From Takakia lepidozioides (lineage: Eukaryota; Plantae; Bryophyta), in assembly GCA_030704615.1 (NCBI GenBank), contig CM060732.1, positions 47,182,001 to 47,246,000 of the forward strand: DNA of 64,000 bases, written 5' to 3'. This document shows positions 61,209 through 64,000 of this stretch, in pieces. Made by a program: the position numbers and the translations under genes. The notes below the pieces were generated by a model. It worked only from the letters and a program-made list of their open reading frames with translations. It searched no databases and was not told the origin of the DNA. Within the stretch, counting starts at the first letter, position 1, and every line of letters begins with the position of its first letter.

Positions 61209-64000
61209 ATGTCTACACCAAAATATGCATTGCTTTCATGTCCACCTGATGCAAAAGTGGTTCGTTATCCTTGCAATGGAAACAAGTGCATTATCCCAGA
61301 ACCTTGGTTATGCAATAGATTCAAACTTGTTCCGGGTTCAGTTTTTTTGGAGGATGATGGAGATGATGATGCCTCCACAGTGTTGCTTCCAGTTTTCAAT
61401 GACGGCCAAAAGCAATGGGAGTTGTTTCCAGACACTTTCTCCAAGTACCGTGTCACAGGTACGAGCTATACACAGTCACATGATGAGAGGCACACTTCTA
61501 TTGCAAGAAAGAACGATCAAGCTGCAACAAATGGGAGTTGTAAATTGAAGGAGGAGGTTGCAGATTCGGCGAGCTTGGGGTCTCATAATTCGGATTGTGT
61601 TGAGGTTTCTAAGAGTGTATTTTGTGGATCTCAACCTTCCTCATCTGCTCATACGGTCTTGCTTCACGACATGAAGCCTCGGAAAACTCCATTGGACAAC
61701 ACCACGTCTGATTGTTGCGAATCTGCGAGGGTTTTATCTTCATCTCCACGACTAGCAGGGGAGGCTACATCTGTATTTCCTTCTGGTGTGTTGTCCATTT
61801 TGAGTATCTTGGCCACTGCTCGGTGGAATGGATCAAAAGGAGAGTTTTCTACCTTGGACTATAGTCACATTCCAGTGCATAGTGTTCGGTGTCCTCCTCG
61901 AGCTTTTGATGGAAAAGTGATCCACGAACTCCCCCCCCCGTGGTCAAACTACATACGGACCGTGGTTCACAGTCCCTCCAAGGCATGGACCGCAAGTTTG
62001 ATGGTCATCCTTGGTACGAGACCAATACCTACAATATGTCTGGTGTTCCAGATCATGTGAAATGTAGTAAGGTTCTTTGTGTTGGAAAGCTCATATGTCA
62101 AAGCAGCACTTGCCCCTTCTTCAAGAAAGAAGGAGAATGGAATGACCGCTATTGGGAAGGCAATGCAGACAAGGTGTTCATTGCAGGAGCCCAAGTTCCA
62201 TTCAACCAGTTCAAGTGTAGTTTCTGCAAAGAAAGACCTTTCTGTGAGGCGCATTGTGGGGCAAGAATGTACTATGTCACAAGTTCCCTTCCAACATATA
62301 CACGTGTTGCAATTCACGTTGGGTTTCATAACCATCCATGTGCCAAGGGCGAGAATAGAGAGGCTGCGGAAAATGCATCAAGCATGATTCAAGAGCACGT
62401 TAAGATGAAGCCATGGTCAACCCCGGGAGCTATTTCCTTGTCAATGGCCCAGAAGCTCTTGATTGATCGAGTTCTTGTGGCTGATGGCACAGAGACAGTA
62501 CGTCTTGAGGGAGAGGCTTTGGAAGATATTCTTGAAGAGTTTGCCCATGTTTGTAGCCCCAATGTGAAAAACAAGGTCGCATCTGCACGTGTCAATTCCA
62601 TCATGTCCATATTGGAGTTGAAGCGTCTGAGTACATACCATTTCATTCACAACAATCTCCTTCCAGGCCAGTATACTTCTCATCTCTCCCATGTTTTCAA
62701 GATGTCTGTTGCTGGTCCCGGGAGTGGTGTTGATCTTGTGCGTCGCATGAGTGAGGGGGATCTACGTACAAGTTGGGTAGTATTTGACCATGTCAAACGC
62801 ATCAAGGATTGGACAACTCTTGCGTGTCATGTCTATGAACCATATGTCAAGCGAATGATGACCATTGCCATTTGCGATATAAAAACAGAGGATGCAGATG
62901 CTCAGGTGTTATTCTGGGAGATGATCAATGAACAAGCAAAACTTGCTGGCTTGAACAAACCAAATTTTGCTGGCTTCATGGCGGATGCAGCAGGGGCGAA
63001 TTGGGCTACTGTTCGAAGGGTTTATGGATCTGATCCCAATGTCCCAATGGAAGGTAAAGAAAGAACATGTTTATATCATTGGGCTGAAAGCCTCCGAAGA
63101 CACACCAACGACTATATCTTGGAGGACTTCCGTGAAAGGCACACTCAGCTCTGTTATGAATGGAAAGATAGTGCTACCTTGGAGGATGCTACAACCACAT
63201 ACATTGCAATTCGGGCTTGGTGGCTCTCTTCAGGAGCATGCACAGAAAAGAGTCTGCCAAAACTGGATTCATGGCTTGCATGGTGGCACTACAGATATCG
63301 AATGTGGGGCCAATGGATGAGAGAGGACATGGATGTGGAGGCAGATGCAGATATGCCTACCACTAATTTGTCTGAGGCAGTCCATTCTGCTTGGTGGAAG
63401 ACAGCAGGCAATGGGAAAAAAATGAAGGTGGATCTATATGAGGCCACCATGCATGACATGTCACGAGCTCTTTTGCAGAAGGCAACATTTTACAAGCACA
63501 CCACAGGAAAGACATGGGGGACAGGGCCCGACAAAGAGAAGCTCATGTTGCGTCAAGCAGCTAGATCTAATAGCCCAGCAAAAATGGGTAAGGTTGTACG
63601 TGGCATAGTAGCTAGAACACCCATGCACACAAGGGGGGTTCAATTGGAGGGAGACAATCGCACTGTTCCAGTCAAACGCAAGTTAGGCGATGAGCATGGT
63701 GGGCCAAACGAATCTTGGAGGTGTGATATGAATGTAAAGACTGTTCTAGTGCGCGCCACTGGGATGCCCAGTCCACACCAGCCATCTAGGTTTGTCAGCT
63801 CCAAATCAAGTCATGACATTCCTGGTTCTTCGACTTTCTGTGAGACAAATCCACATGTTGCTATCCCTCCTCAGCCAATGCAATGGGGAAATCTAGTGAG
63901 AGAGACACAAGACTTTTCCGATGCATTGTTCAGGATTCAGCGGACAGGTCCTGCTTCCATGGTTCGTTGTTCTGCCTTGGTTGGAGTTTCCAAGGATAAA
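61209..64000 (+). pseudogene. Second GCM-MULE transposase, frameshifted, running off the window
   Basis: 'MDRKFDGHPW', 'VFDHVKRIKDWTTLACHVY', 'FAGFMADAAGANW', 'CLYHW', 'NLSEAVHSAW'; a clear paralogue of 12878-16381. Confidence 0.85.

Overview
Intron-rich eukaryotic DNA, most likely from a non-seed land plant (moss, liverwort or fern; inferred from gene and TE types). It holds two host genes: a 12-exon TYW3-kelch(TYW4)-TYW2 tRNA wybutosine synthesis gene (30907-43203, +) and an F-box/kelch-type gene (~56569-58581, +). The rest is mostly nested transposons. The most notable structure is a large Mutator-like element (~3.1-18.8 kb) with two MULE transposases and a spliced gene for a ParB/Srx-fold domain fused to a beta-class N4C/N6A-type DNA methyltransferase. 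Its introns and intergenic DNA carry 17 copies of one 22-bp palindrome (consensus AACCTYGYGTYRACRCRAGGTT), six of them spaced exactly 42 bp apart, which suggests a ParB/parS-like self-recognition system (inference). That gene is split at the insertion site of a Ty3/Gypsy retrotransposon carrying a C5 cytosine methyltransferase and a PHD finger, and the two halves now point in opposite directions, consistent with a ~21 kb inversion. Also present: a CACTA fragment, a SET-domain remnant, an RTE/RTEX-like LINE with four extra 3'-end copies in one TYW intron, a Ulp1/SENP-protease-bearing element, an L1 fragment and a second GCM-MULE transposase at the right edge. All domain calls come from motif recognition by eye, not database searches.
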